A stretch of DNA of 64,000 nucleotides from Paramoeba atlantica (GCA_977017575.1 CDRNVI010000170.1:152120-216119), one strand, 5' to 3'; counted from the first letter of the stretch, positions 1 to 12,027 are shown. Notes: generated from the sequence alone by a model not told the origin. Numbers and translations are program-made.

Positions 1-1064
1 GAAGGAAGGACAAAAAAAGAACAACCAAAAAAAAATCGGTTGCCACAAACACCCTCCCTCCTCTTTTAAATAACAAGAGGGCGAGGGTGTCACTCTTCTT
101 ATCTTCCTGAGGTTGTGAGAGGTGGTTCCACACATACAAATCAAAACAAAACTGGGAAATCGCCGAACAGAACCAGGGAGATGCCATTGTCATGTCGAAA
201 CCCCCAACAACAACAACAAAAAAGCAAACACAATATAAAGGAAAAAAGATCAAACAAAAAAACAAAAAACAAAAAAACAAAAAACAAAAATGAGAAAGAG
301 AAACAAAAAAGGTACAAAACAAAAATCCTTTTTAAAGGTCTCCCTTTTCCAACCATTTTCACACCTCTCTCTCCTAAAAACAGAGAGCCATTGTGTTTTG
401 CCAAGAGTTATACACTCTTTCTTTAGAGATCAAACAAAGGAAACAAAGGAAACAAAGGAAACAAAGGAAACAAAGGAAGAGAATAACAAGAAAAAGATAA
501 CAATAACAAGAAAAAAGAAAAACAGAATGGGTGAGGAATCAAAAAAAGAATGACACACAAAGAATAAAACACTGAGGCAACAAAAAAAGAGAAAAAAAAA
601 ACCTTCAACAAAACTGTTCTCATCTCAAGGATGGGGGGGGGGTTCCCTCCCATGTACTCTCTCCCTCCCTCATATCACACTCTTTTGTATCATCATCATC
701 GTCATCCATCCGCCACACCAGCCCTTCGGTCCAGAAGCTGGATATTCTTTCGTTTTTTTCTCGGTCAAACAAACACCAATGAACGAACACCTTCCCTTCC
801 CCTCTTTCTTTCTTTTCCCCCCTCCTCTCTCTCTCGCTCCTTCCTTCTCACAAAAAAACACAAAAAAGAGGGAGCGGCTTTTGGAGATCTAAATAAAAAA
901 GAGGGAGCGCTATTTTTTAAATTGGGTTCAAACACCCAACATTTTTCTTTTTGACTTCCCAAAAAAATTCAGAGTTCGTTTTTTCTTTTTTTTTTTTGCG
1001 TTTTGCTCTTTCCATTTTCTCCCTTCTCTCTCTTCTCTATCAGTGTCCCCTTCTTTTTCTTTTT

Positions 1065-1095
<31 letters not shown>

Positions 1096-1900
1096 CAAGA
1101 AATTTTTGATGATGTTGAAGGAAAAGTTGTTGTTCTCTTTTTACTTCCGCCCAGCCCTGTTTTCTTTTTCTTTTCTTTGACTTCTTTTTTCTTTCTTTTT
1201 TCTTTTTCTTTTTTTCTTTTACCATCAAAAAATCGAGAAGTTTGTGGCTAAATTCTGTTTGTTTGTTTGTTTTCTCTTCTCTTTTTCTCTCTTTTTCTCT
1301 CTTTTTTCTCTTTTTTCTCTTTCTTCTCCTCTCTTTTTTCTTCTTTCTTTTCTTCTTTTCTCTTTAAATTCTGTTTATTTTGTTCTCTTTCTCTTTCTCT
1401 TTCTTTTTTCTCTCTTTTTTCTCTCTTTTCTCTCTTTTTTCTCTTTTTTCTCTCTCCCTTCTCTTTTTTTCTCTCTTTTGAAAGGAATTTTGATGATTCT
1501 TCCTTCTCTTCTTTGTCTGCCTTTGATCTTTTTATCATTCTTTTTAAACTTTTCTTTGTCAGAGTTACTCTTTTCTTCTTTTCTTGTTTTTTGATTTAAA
1601 AAAAGAATCAAGGGGGGGGAGCACAGGAAAACAAACAAGAAAATTGGTTGAGAACTCCTTTATTACTTGAGTGATGGGTGATTTTATTGTGTGTGTGTAT
1701 TCATACTCTCTGGGTTCTTTGAATTCTCAAATTAGAACCCAGAAAGAATGGAGAGTCTAAAACAACAAAAACACCATAATCCCTCCCCCCCCTTGCTCCT
1801 GGGAAGAATCACTCAAAAAACAAGGGAGTTAGACCAGTTTTTGAAAAAAAAAAAAGATGATTTTTTTTTGAAAAAGAAGAATTATAAAAGAAGATTAAAA
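1..1900. repeat. Paralog of distal rDNA intergenic spacer block (copy of ~52015-53760)
   Basis: Colinear shared anchors, e.g. aaatcggttgccacaaacaccctccctcctcttttaaataacaagagg, catctcaaggatgggggg, gggagcggcttttggagatctaaataaaaaagag, gggagttagaccagttttt. Identity judged by eye. Confidence 0.9.
1700..1752. repeat. ~50-bp hairpin element, copy 1 of 5 (others 3613-3662, 53622-53674, 54046-54094, 56881-56930)
   Basis: Pattern ttcatactctctgg...aattYtcaaattag...ccagagagtatgaa. The 56881 copy has perfect 14-bp inverted arms. Confidence 0.8.
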
Positions 1901-2315
1901 AGGATCGAGTATGAAGGGATACTCTCGAGCTGGGTTTTCTCTCAATTTTTGTGTTTTCTTTCATTTCCTTGTTTTGAAGGATTTACAATTTTCTCGTTGA
2001 CTTTTCTTTTAAATTTTGAAACCTTTTTTGTGCTGAGCAATTTGTTCTTCTCTTGGGTATCCAACTCTCCCTCTTCTACATCCCCCTTGGCCCCCTTTTG
2101 TGTCTTTTCTTGATTTCTTTGAGACTTTTTGTCTCCTTCAGAGTAGGAGTGTATGTCAAAGACAGAAAAAAGATTGTCACGGATCCATGGGAAACCAGAC
2201 AAAAGGGAAAAAAACGAAAAAAGAAAGTTGCCAACTTTCTTGGCGAAAACACTGGGAAACCCTTTGTTTCTGAGTTTCTGAGTTCCTGAGTTCCTGAGGT
2301 TCTGGAAAGAACTTC

Positions 2316-2395
2316 ATTTTTTTATGACCTGGTCATAAAAATGACCCTGTCATGGAAAATGACCAGATCATAAAAATGATCAGGTTATGAAAAAA
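2316..2395. repeat. Array of four short palindromes ATGACCNGGTCAT at 17-18 bp spacing
   Basis: atgacctggtcat 2324, atgaccctgtcat 2341, atgaccagatcat 2359, atgatcaggttat 2376. Confidence 0.8.
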
Positions 2396-2459
2396 TTTAG
2401 ATAACTCGTCAAACGTCCATTTCCCAATTTCCCAAAAAACAAAACCAAAAGGAAAAAAA

Positions 2460-3050
2460 ATGACTGACAAAATCCCAAATGTTCAAGTTCTTTCTCTTCT
2501 CGATGATGAAGCCCCTCCCATGTTGAAGGAAAGTCATTCATCTCAAATTAAAGGTCCATTTTCACTCATTTCCCTCAACCAATGCAATTTCCATCTCACC
2601 CCACAACAACAGGTACAGACTATACCTTGACCATACTCCTCATTGGAAAGGAGGTCAGCTTTGAACTCAAGAACACATGACTCATTATTTGGAGTTAAAG
2701 TGCCCTCTGATGCTTTCGGAAAGCTTCCCACCCCACATGATGTTTGGAGAACCTGCCTCGTTCTGGACAATGAGAAGATGTTTAAAATATTCAAAACCCG
2801 TGAATTTACTCTTGAGAAGAAATCTGCTGTCAAGAAGGATGAAAATTCTAAAGACAACAACACCAATGAAATAGCTCTTCTTAAGACTTTGATTCCAATT
2901 GTAGAAGACGTCTGTGGGGAATTCCGAATTATCTTGAACCAGTTACCCAAGGAGAAACCGGACAAAACCCAAAAAATGTTGGAACAACAAATGGTGATGC
3001 ACCATTATCTCATGAAAATCTTGGAACGCACCACTGCCTCGCACCCCTAG
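2460..3050 (+). pseudogene. Unknown ~196-codon ORF interrupted by one in-frame TGA (2628-2630)
   Basis: ATG at 2460 (MTDKIPNVQV...) is in frame with track ORF 2643-3050. Composition is protein-like, not low-complexity. No family recognised. Confidence 0.5.
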
Positions 3051-3324
3051 TGGTTGTGTTGTTGAGTTGTTGGTTTTGATTTTAATTCTCATAATAAACC
3101 TGATTTTAATTCTTCGAATAAACCTGATTTTATTCTTTTTTTGTTCTGTTGAGCTCTTTGACTCTTGTTTTTGCGAAAAGATGTGTGAAGAGTTTTTTTT
3201 CATCATTGTTTTTGAATTCCTTCTCTGAAATCAATCAAAAACGAGGAAGGAGGTTGAAATCAATTTTCGAAAAAAAAAAAAAAAAAAAAGGATTATAAAA
3301 AGGAGAAAAAAAAGAAGAGAAAGT

Positions 3325-3443
3325 GTCTTCGGTCATACCCAGTTGAAAGCACCCGATCCCATCAGAACTCGGAAGTTAAGCAGCTGTGGGCTCGGTTAGT
3401 AGAATGGTGGGTGACCACATTCGAATCCCGAGTGCTGAAGACC
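3325..3443 (+). rRNA. 5S rRNA
   Basis: GTCTTCGGTCATACC...GATCCCATCAGAACTCGGAAGTTAAGC...GAAGACC, 119 nt, terminal helix GTCTTC/GAAGAC, followed by a T-rich tract. Confidence 0.95.
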
Positions 3444-5519
3444 TTCTTTTTTTTTCTTTTCTTTTCTTTTTTCTTTTTTTCTTTTCTCAATTTTCTTCCT
3501 CACCAACCTTCTTTTTCTCTGTCTTGATGGTATCTTGAATCTTTTTTTTCTTTTCTTTTTTTTTCTTTTTACCCCCCACACAAATTAAAAACTCTTTTTT
3601 TGAGATCATATATTCATTCTCTCTGGATCCGAATTTTCAAATTAGCATCCAGAGAGTATGAAAAGTCAAAAAACAAAACAAAAACAACAACAATATGTGA
3701 TCAACATTGAAACACCTTCACAGTCCCACCACCATCTTTTTTTCTTCTTCTCCCTTTTCCTTTTCCTTTTCCTTTCCTTTCCAGAAGAATGAATTGTCTA
3801 GATGACCGAAATGGATTGAAACCTTTCTTTCGAAGTTTTCCTCATTCTATTGGCTTGTTGTCTCCTTGCAATGATGTACGAACTGCTTGCCACTTTGCCT
3901 TGCGACAAGATGCGACATTACGATAACATGGCGATAACCTGTTTATTCTCTTATCAATAAATCAGTCTGTAAATTCCCTGTACCGAATTGTGTTTGTGTG
4001 GCTGTGTTGTTCACGGATTCGTTTGCTTTCCTTTCTTTTTTCACTTCCTTTCTTTTTTCAATTCTCCTCCATTTTCTTTCTAATTTTTGTTTTGAAAAAA
4101 AAACTAAAAAAAAGAAGAAAAAAAGTAGAAAAGGAATCAAGAGGAAAGAGAAAAAAGAGAAAAAGAAAAGAAAAAACCACTGCTGGGGCTTGGGGGGGGG
4201 GAGGCCAAAAAAGAAACAGGAAGGAAATGGGCACCCCTGCTCTCCCCTCTTCTTCTTTGAAACTCTAAATCCCCTTCTCTCTCCCCAAGAAGTTGATGTA
4301 CCTCTCCAGCACTGCTGGGGACCTACCAACCAAACGGCAAAGAAGACTTTTGGTGCTCAAAACGTCACTTGATCCTAATGGAAAAAACAAGATCCAGACA
4401 AAGAGAAAGAAAAAAGAGGAGAAAAAAGAAAAAGAAGAGAGAGAAAAAGAGACAAGAAAGAAAGAGAAAAGGAAAGAAAAAGAAAAGAAAGAAGAGAAAA
4501 AGAAGAGAGAAAAGAAAAAAAAGAAGGGAAAAAAGGGAGAAAAAAGAAAACCAAAAAGGAGGAAAAAGGAGGAGGAAAAAAGAAAAAGGAAGAAGAGACT
4601 CCTTGGAAAATAAAAGAAAAAAAAGAAAAGAAGTGAAGAAGACCTCTTCTCTCTCTTGTTTCGCTACGCTAACTCAGGGGGGTTGGACGGTCAGAAAAGA
4701 AAGAAGAAAAAGAAAGAAGGGGGTGGGGGAGGGGTAGAAAAGAAGAGAAAGGAGACATCATGATGAATGAAGTCAAGTTTTGTTGAACACAAAAAAAAAG
4801 AAAGAGAACAACAAAGCAGAGAGAGGAGAGAGGGAGAGAGAGGAAAACAAACAAAAAAAGTTGAGAGGATCTTTTTTTCCACTTTTCCACACCCCGAAAA
4901 ATTTAAGGTTCTAAATCACGAACCTCAAACTAGCTTTTTTTTTGTTTTTCGGTTTTCGTTTTGGGGCAAGAGAAGAAGAGAAAGAGAGAGGGAAAGGGAA
5001 AGAGAAAGAGAGAAAGAGAGAAAGAGAAAGTGAGAAAGAGAGAAAGAGAGAAGGAGAGAAAGAGAGAAAGGAAAAGAGGGAAGAGGAAAGAAAGAGAGAA
5101 AGAGAAAGAAGAGAGAGAGAAAGAAGAGGGAAAGAGGGAAAGAGAGAGAAAAGAGAAAGAGGGAAAGAGGGAAAGAGAAAGAGGGAAAGAGGAGAAAGAG
5201 AGAAGAGAAAGAGACTTTGTGGAACCACTTTGCGTTTTTTTGGTTGTGAGGTGTCTTTTTCTTTGGTTTTTTTACCTTTTTCTGTTCTTTTCTTTTCTTT
5301 TCTGTTCCTTTTCTTTTCTTGTTTTTTTTCTTTTCTTTCTTGTTTTTTCTTGTTTTCTTTCTTGGTGGATTCCCTTTTTGTATTTGGCATTTATATATTA
5401 TAATGTAATGGTGTATCTCCTCTCAAATCAAGAGGATATTTTTGTAAAATTTCTTTTTAGTCCAAAAAATAAAACAGACAAAAGTTTATCCTTTTTCTCG
5501 TCAGAGATTTACCCAGACG

Positions 5520-5735
5520 CTGGCAGGGAACATTGTATTGACTTGACTTGAGAGGGGGGAGGGGAGAGACTCATGAAAGGCAAGATGAAGTTGATTTTAA
5601 TAAGCATTTTTTTTTTTTCGAATTGGTCAGAAAAAATAAAATATTTTTTTTTCCTGTTATTTATGCCTCTTTTCACACCCTACTTTTTTTTTCAACAACC
5701 AATTTCATTTTGGAGGAGATCACCAAACACCCCCC
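5520..5735. repeat. Block paralogous to 10807-10929 plus 12028-12065; the empty site of the Harbinger-like insertion
   Basis: Shared cagggaacattgtattga, aaggcaagatga, ttttttcctgttattt, ttcaacaac and ttttggaggagatca anchors. Confidence 0.8.
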
Positions 5736-5772
5736 TACAGAACAGTTCTTTTTTGTCTTTTTTTTCACAAAT

Positions 5773-5844
5773 TCCCTTGTGGTGTAGTCGGTAACACGGT
5801 CGGCTTTCACCCGGCCACCCCGGGTTCGATTCCCGGCAAGGGAG
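5773..5844 (+). tRNA. tRNA-Glu(TTC)
   Basis: Cloverleaf: TCCCTTG/CAAGGGA acceptor stem, CT-TTC-AC loop, GTTCGATTC T-loop, poly-T terminator. Confidence 0.95.
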
Positions 5845-6439
5845 CTTTTTTTTTTTTACCTTCAATTTTGTGGAACCACTCCACCACACACACACCACAC
5901 CATGTGTATGGAGGTGGTGGGGCAGAAATTGGTCTTATTTTTTGAGGTCATTGTTTGTTCTTTTGTTTTCTCCATCAAAAATGGTGTATCTGTTTGTGGG
6001 TCCAGAAAACCAAGAAAAATTTGAAACTTTTTTCAAAAACAATTTTGAAAGTGTCAAATCACACTATCATCTTTTTTTGAAGGTTGATGGTGAGGGTGGT
6101 CCTCTTTCATCACCAATGTACCACCATTTTAGAAAGAATGGTATGGTTCTCAAAGATTTATTCTTTCAGTTTCTTTCATTCACATCATCACAGCCTTTTT
6201 TACCTGTTTCTTTGGACAATTTTGCAAGAGCTAAACTACAAAAAGCATTTTTCGATTGTCGCAATTTCCAACTTCAACCCCCCCCCCCCCCCCCTCATAA
6301 TTTGGTGCCTGGTTTCTCTCTCTCTTCCAGACACCCAAGCAAATGGTAGTGTTGACTTATGTTTCTGGGCAATCACACCTTCCAACAATTTAATAGAGTA
6401 AGACCTTTAACTTCTCGAACAGATCTTTCGACTGCACCC

Positions 6440-6580
6440 AAGAAGCCATCCACACTTTCTTTGGCCAAACCTTTGCAAATGCATTGACACCTTGCAGTGT
6501 TTTTGGACAAAGGGGGTCATTGAAAAGAAACAAGGAACAACCGCTGACAGATTGCATGCAGGTGGGGATGCTGAGGATTA
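6440..6580 (-). mobile_element. Internal fragment of the PAT-type element (methyltransferase-domain region)
   Basis: Nucleotide match to 26555-26650 (tgcaaatgcattgac, ggtcattga, aaggaacaaccgctgacagattgca); translates GVNAFAKVWPKKVWM. Confidence 0.8.
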
Positions 6581-8099
6581 ACAGGGCTTTTCCAAGCAGA
6601 ACATCCATCGGATGAAGTTTGTCCTTGGCTGGTTTCCTGGGTCTGTTTCTGCCCCCCTCTGGTGGACACTCCATGTTTTGTCAGTTTGAAGTGAAGCCAG
6701 GGCCAAAGTAATATAAGACTTTTATAATATATGTGCTCCCACCCTGAGCCAGTTTCCTTTTCCGGCCAAAGTGTCATTCTTTCTTTTCATCCTTTTTTCT
6801 GTTTGTCCCTCTACCACTGTCAATTTTCGGTCTTCCACAGTGAAGCCAGGGCCGAATTTTATATCAAGGGCTTATATGTGTATTGCGCTCTGCTGAGGGC
6901 ATCTGGAATTACTAGTTTGTCTTTCCTGGTTTATGGAGAACTTGTCTCTCTCACCATTTGAGAGATGTTATAATTAGCCAATTGTTTATCATGCCACTTC
7001 TTGATTTCTTCATCGAATTGCTCAAGTCCTTCAAGCTGTGGTGGTGGTCAGTGAATGCAACCACATCACATCCTTTGAATGAACTCTTTGAACTTTTCCA
7101 TCGCCCAGTGCAACCCATAACACTCTCTTTTTCTGAGTTAGTGTGTATCCAGTGTGTGAGTTGTTGGAGATCTTTTTCAACCCCAAAAAAAGAAAAAAAA
7201 AGTTCTTTTCTCTGGAAACCACAGGCCTGAAAATTTCTAGGAGAGGTTGGAAGCGCTTTAGATCCACGAGGTGGACTGAAGTTGTGGAAAACTCATCCTA
7301 AAAAGTAAGGAGGATGGAAAGAAAGAGAAAAAAAAAAGGCGGTGACTCAGATAAAAAAAATAATTTATTTTCGCAAAAAAAGTCTGTTTGTTGAGAGCTC
7401 TCTCCTCTTTCACAACAACAACTGGGGCGACTGGGAGTTTCCAGTTTTCAACCATCCCCCTTGCTGGCCTTCCATCTTGGTTTCAAAGAAAATAGCCATA
7501 AGAAATAGATAACAGTTTTTTTTCCTTGTGAAAATTTGATTTTCACAGGGCCAGTCACTGTCATGGTGGACCCATCTCGAAAAATTTTCTGAGAGGCAAT
7601 GACCCCCAACTTCTTTCGTATTTGTGAAGGGAGATCAAGTTGTCCCCAAAATTCTTTCTTCCCATTTTTCCGATTCGTTTTGGTTTTGGTAACATTATCA
7701 TCTACCAAAAAGAAAAAGAGGGCCTCAGGGGAAATGTTGAATGAAAACCCGGCGAGAGAACCAATTTTTTGGAGCTTTTCCCCTCCACTAAAAGAATTTT
7801 TGTGTGTGTGAGCGAAAAGAATCTTTTGAAAAAAAAAACTCACGAGAGTGGTTTTTACCAATTTTTCAAGGGTCTTTGGGATTCTTTGCGCCAGAACACA
7901 ATGAACCATTTGTTCATTCGTTCGTTCATCATCATCTCGTGTTCGTTTCCACCTGCTGTTTTTTTCACTCTTTTTTTTCTGTTTGAAGCGTTTTGCTCTT
8001 TCCTAATCAAACAGAGACATTCTTCGGTCTCCCAAAAACTTCGATCATTAATTTGTTTTCCATTTCAAGAAGTTGAAAAATAACACCTCCTCCTCTCCC

Positions 8100-9870
8100 A
8101 CGCCATCTTGATCCCACCCAAAAATTTTGAGTTGTCTCATATTAAATGTTCTTTGTGAGCATTTGTGTATGAATCTCTGGCACCAGCACTTACAATCCTG
8201 AGAAATGTCTGTAATTCCTTATGGTGTTGGCTGGTGTTGTGTAATTTCCAATAGCCTCCACTTTGACGTTGTTTGCTTCAATATACCTTCTTTGGATGCA
8301 GTGTATCCCAAAAGCATGAATTTCAGTTTGCACAAAATGGACTTTGGAAATATTGATTCTCAATTTGTGTTTTTCTATTCTTGTCAATATTTCTTCCAGA
8401 GTCTCGTAATGTGTTTTGAAGTCTTTCGAGAAGACAACAATCTAATGAAGAGATCTGCTATCTGAATCTTTTCTCCCATTGTGAGTCTCAGGTCATTATG
8501 AGTTTTCTGTTTATTCAGATTTAGTGAGAGGAATTTTTTCCTCCTTCTTCTTTCTTATTCTTGATACCTTTTAAGATTCCACCAATTTGTTTGATGAGCT
8601 CAGCATTTCCTGTTGCGTCTTCAGCATGGAGGTTTGCAATTACCTCTTGAAGCCCATGGAGAATCTTGTGTGGTGGTGGAGCATTTCCATCAATGTTGGA
8701 AACATCTCTCAGTCTCTTGTAAATCAGGCCTGATCGTCCACCATATCATATTTTGGGTTCTCTGACCTCGTTGAAGAACATTCTCACTGTTTCTTCCCAC
8801 GGTCGCCCATTTTCCGTTGATCTGGATTTGAGATCTTTCTTCATGATGGGTGAGGATTTCACATTCGTGGCCTCTGTGATTGGAGTTTCCACACACAAGA
8901 AGCAGAGTCGAAGGTTGGAATGGATTTTCAGTTCTCGCTTTCTCTCTTCTATATTCATCAGTATCTTTGATTCCCATCTTGGAAAGATCCATCTTAGTGA
9001 CTCCCTTTGGTGTCTCTATTTTAACAGGTGAGAGAGAGGCGTTCATGACTTCAACAAAGTCAGTCCATGTTTTTCTGCTTTTGTAAATTTGATACTGAGC
9101 CTCTGTTTGAGTGTCCACCTCGATTTTGTGCTCAATCTCTGTCTGAGATGAGTTCCCGGTCTGAGACTTGGTATTGTTTCTTTCCTCTCTTTCTTGAGTA
9201 GAGATCGACAAACTTGAGAGCTTTCTTCTTAAAGGTCAGATCCCCGTAGCTGTCATCAATCCGAAATTGATTTTACTGACTGATCGGGTTCTGTACTCTG
9301 GAATCCCCGTAAGCCTCTTGAGGTGCTACTGGCTATGCAATCCTGCACCCAGACACAAAAATTGGCTACTTTGGCCTTGGATCCAAAGTCTGTCTTTCCA
9401 ACTCTGTAGTCCGAATTTTGTGTCTATTCTCCTTCAAATCATCTTTTACTCTTCCATCCCTTGTGGGTGGTTACTGCCTGGCTGATGGGTTGATTCCCAT
9501 TCTTACTGAGGGGGGGTTCCTGATGGGCTTTGTTGAGACCACTGGGAATAGATCCTTATCTGATTAGTGATCGATGCCAAAAGCCTCCCTTCCATCTCTG
9601 AGAGCATCTCTTTGGCTTCATCCCTGGTGAAGGTGGGTTCCACTTGGGGGTACCATCCTTTCTTCCTCAGGGGGTTCTTCCTGTTCCTCAAGTTCTTCCT
9701 GGTGGAAACAGTTCTCTTTCTTGGGGGTTTTCAGGCTCTTGCCTTTCCTCGGGGCGGGCTCAACCTTCTTGATCACTGCCAGCGGAATCACTATCCCCAT
9801 CAGGGTTTTCTACCAAGTAAGTCTCCTTTAACTCATCCCAGAAAAGAGCCATCGATCTACCAGCATACCA
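8100..9870 (-). mobile_element. Degraded Ty3/gypsy relic: gag (9852-8560, stops and frameshifts) joined to an RT fragment (8440-8100)
   Basis: Gag is similar to the 60160-61200 gag (LSKMGIKDTDEY vs LAKIGVQDTAEY; CGNSNHRGHEC knuckle remnant). RT fragment reads IVVFSKDFKTHYETLEEILTRIEKHKLRINISKVHF...KVEAIGNY. Confidence 0.75.
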
Positions 9871-10029
9871 AAAGGGAAAACGACAAAAGAAAAGCACATC
9901 GCGTCGCGTCGCCTTTGTGATGTCATCAAACAGTCCCTATCAAGGGTGTTCGCTGAAGTTGGCCGAAAGTTGGGCCGAAAGTTCAAGGATTAAAAATAGC
10001 CTTTATTCACAATCAAGTTTTTTTCCCAA

Positions 10030-10806
10030 ATAAATGATTTCTGTTATATGTTGTGAGAGAGAAGCTCAACTCAAAAGTCTGGCTGAATGTGGCACCTCTT
10101 GGGAGGGATCTGGCGTTGTTTCTCAAACTGCCTAATTCAATTAGTTGGAAGATGATGAGCAAGTTCCAAGATCCTTTTGTTATTGCGCTTGAGGCTTTTT
10201 GTGGAGGATGTTTGGACAAACTGAAGAGGAGATTGACAGATTTGTTCAGGTACCAAAATTTTCGAATGCCTAATTCGAAAATGAGCGAGTTCCGGCAGTA
10301 CGCCACCCATTTTCTCGATCTGTATTTGAAGAAGAACAAAATCTCTTGAAGGAATGCGCGCAATAGAGATGAGAAGTTTGAACAAGGGTCTGTTTGTTTC
10401 TTTCACCAGTTCTCTCAGGTTCTCTCTCTTTGAGCAGCCTTACTAGATGTTCCAAAGTCTTGAGATGGAAAGGGTTGAGCTATCAACATTGAGCTGAACT
10501 GGGAGAGATTTGTCTTCTCATACCATCCAAGTCCTTGTTCATCAGCTGTCTCTCTTCTCAGAGTTGAAGAAAACTATTCTGGAGCTCTTCATAAGAGGGC
10601 GCCTCATCTTTCCCATTTCCATGGACAGGTGAAAGACCATCAAGTAGATATCGGTGAGAATCTTGGTTTTTTCAGTTTTCTGAGATGTCTGTTAGATGAA
10701 AGCGTTCGAAAGCTACAAATGGTGGGTGTCCCTTTTGCTCCAGAGGAGCCCGACAAGTGTTGGGAGAGTTTTGTTTTTGAAGCTGCAAAGGAGTTCCTTA
10801 TTTACA
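10030..10806 (-). mobile_element. Relic of the gypsy family at 58.4-61.5 kb: LTR start at 10806, 5' gag region, and inverted gag segment 10033-10392
   Basis: 10395-10660 matches 61223-61480 on the same strand; 10033-10392 matches 61200-60826 on the opposite strand; 10765-10806 matches 58791-58832. Confidence 0.8.
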
Positions 10807-10929
10807 CAGGGAACATTGTATTGAGAGGAGAGGGGGGAGACTCCTCATTCAAGGCAAGATGATTTGATTTTATATAAAAGTATTTTTTTTCCTGTTATTT
10901 TGCCTCTTTTCACATTTTTTTTCAACAAC

Positions 10930-12027
10930 GAGAGTCAAGCCCGAGTTTTTAACATAAAAATCGGTGAGTTGACCCGTTAAAAAAACCCCCATATTTTTTC
11001 AATTCAGATCAGAAAAAAAAAGAAATAAATTTTTAATAAATAATTATTCAACAATTTTCTTGTGACAAGCAAGAGCAAAGCGAAGGGTACAATCATGTTG
11101 ATTCTCATCTTCATAATACACACCTCCAAGAGATTTGAAAGTAGATTTACACCAGCCATATGGTGCCTCCACTTTCCCCCGTACAAAAGCAATTTCTTCA
11201 TTATTTCTTGTATCCTTTTGGCTCAACACACGAGGGACTTTCTTCCCATCAACAATTTTTGGCCTTCCTCCACGAGACTTGTTTGTGATCAAAAAGACCT
11301 TTTTCAAGAATTGGGTCGCTTTTCGAAAATGGTTGTCGGCAACCATTGTTCCGCCCTCAAACAACCGATCGATTGTTTTGGCAGAGTAAATTAACAGATC
11401 TCCATCATACTGCTTTGGAGAGTGAGGCCCACTCACCCACTCAGTTCCTCCTTTGGCATTACAAACTGTTACCCATCTTCTTCCTGGAGCCAGTAACTTG
11501 TGAGACCACATTTTTTTCCTCTCTTTCTTGGGACCTTGTTTTCCCTTGATTCTAAAGTCACTTGAGTCCATCCATGTTAACAAACATTTTCACAAGGAGG
11601 ACGGCGTCGAGTTTTTGCGGCCAGTCGTTCCACCCTTCTCCGTGAGCTCTGAACCAAGACTGTCTCTGCCCAGTTTCTTAAAGCACCCCTGATTCTTTGA
11701 ATGTTCTGCCGGATCGAGTTATTCGACAGTGGAAGCCATTCAGCAATTTTCTTTCGGAGATTGCCATAACCAATTGCATAGAGATCTTTGTAAATGGTTA
11801 ATAGATAATTGGCTTCTTTGAAACAGGAAGGCCTCTCAGTCCCCCAAAGAGTGAGGTCCACAGAATCCAAGTATTGAATAATTTCCTTGGTTCTTGGCAC
11901 TCCAAGTTTTTCCTCAACACCACAACGCAAATCTTTCAACTCCAAACCCGCCACCCCAGCCATACACCGAAAAAAAATAAGAGTTCAAAACGCTTTTTTA
12001 GTGGTCTAAAACAAGGGCTTGACCCTC
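10930..12027 (-). mobile_element. Compact PIF/Harbinger (IS5-like) DNA transposon, 1098 bp
   Basis: 13-bp TIRs gagagtcaagccc (10930) and gggcttgaccctc (12015-12027), 12/13 match. AAC 3-bp TSD on both sides; a single AAC at the paralogous empty site ~5697. Confidence 0.85.
11044..11963 (-). pseudogene. Harbinger/IS5-like DDE transposase, ~305 codons, frameshifted near 11580
   Basis: Motifs WMDSSDF, VSGPHSPKQYDGD, ADNHF, NEEIAFVRGKVEAPYGWCKSTFKSL resemble the DDE_Tnp_4 pattern; split into track ORFs 11577-11963 and 11044-11583. Confidence 0.8.

Noticed and set aside
2316-2395. Palindromic arrays as CRISPR repeats (also 16518-16645 and 34870-35050)
   Set aside because: Spacers are only a few bases and not unique, there are no cas genes, and the context is eukaryotic.
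115-5551. Many K/E/R-rich or F/L/S-rich ORFs in the track (also 48-58 kb and 62-64 kb)
   Set aside because: They are by-products of A/G- and T/C-rich low-complexity tracts, open in several frames on both strands, with no motifs.
6440-6580. Third PAT copy as further evidence of tRNA targeting
   Set aside because: It is an internal fragment without termini, ~600 bp downstream of tRNA-Glu, so it is uninformative about the insertion site.
9870-10011. Possible LTR and PBS for the 8.1-9.9 kb gag relic (TGTGAATAAA start, TGGTATG before the gag ATG)
   Set aside because: No terminal CA before the PBS-like motif and no second copy in the window, so it is not called as a feature.
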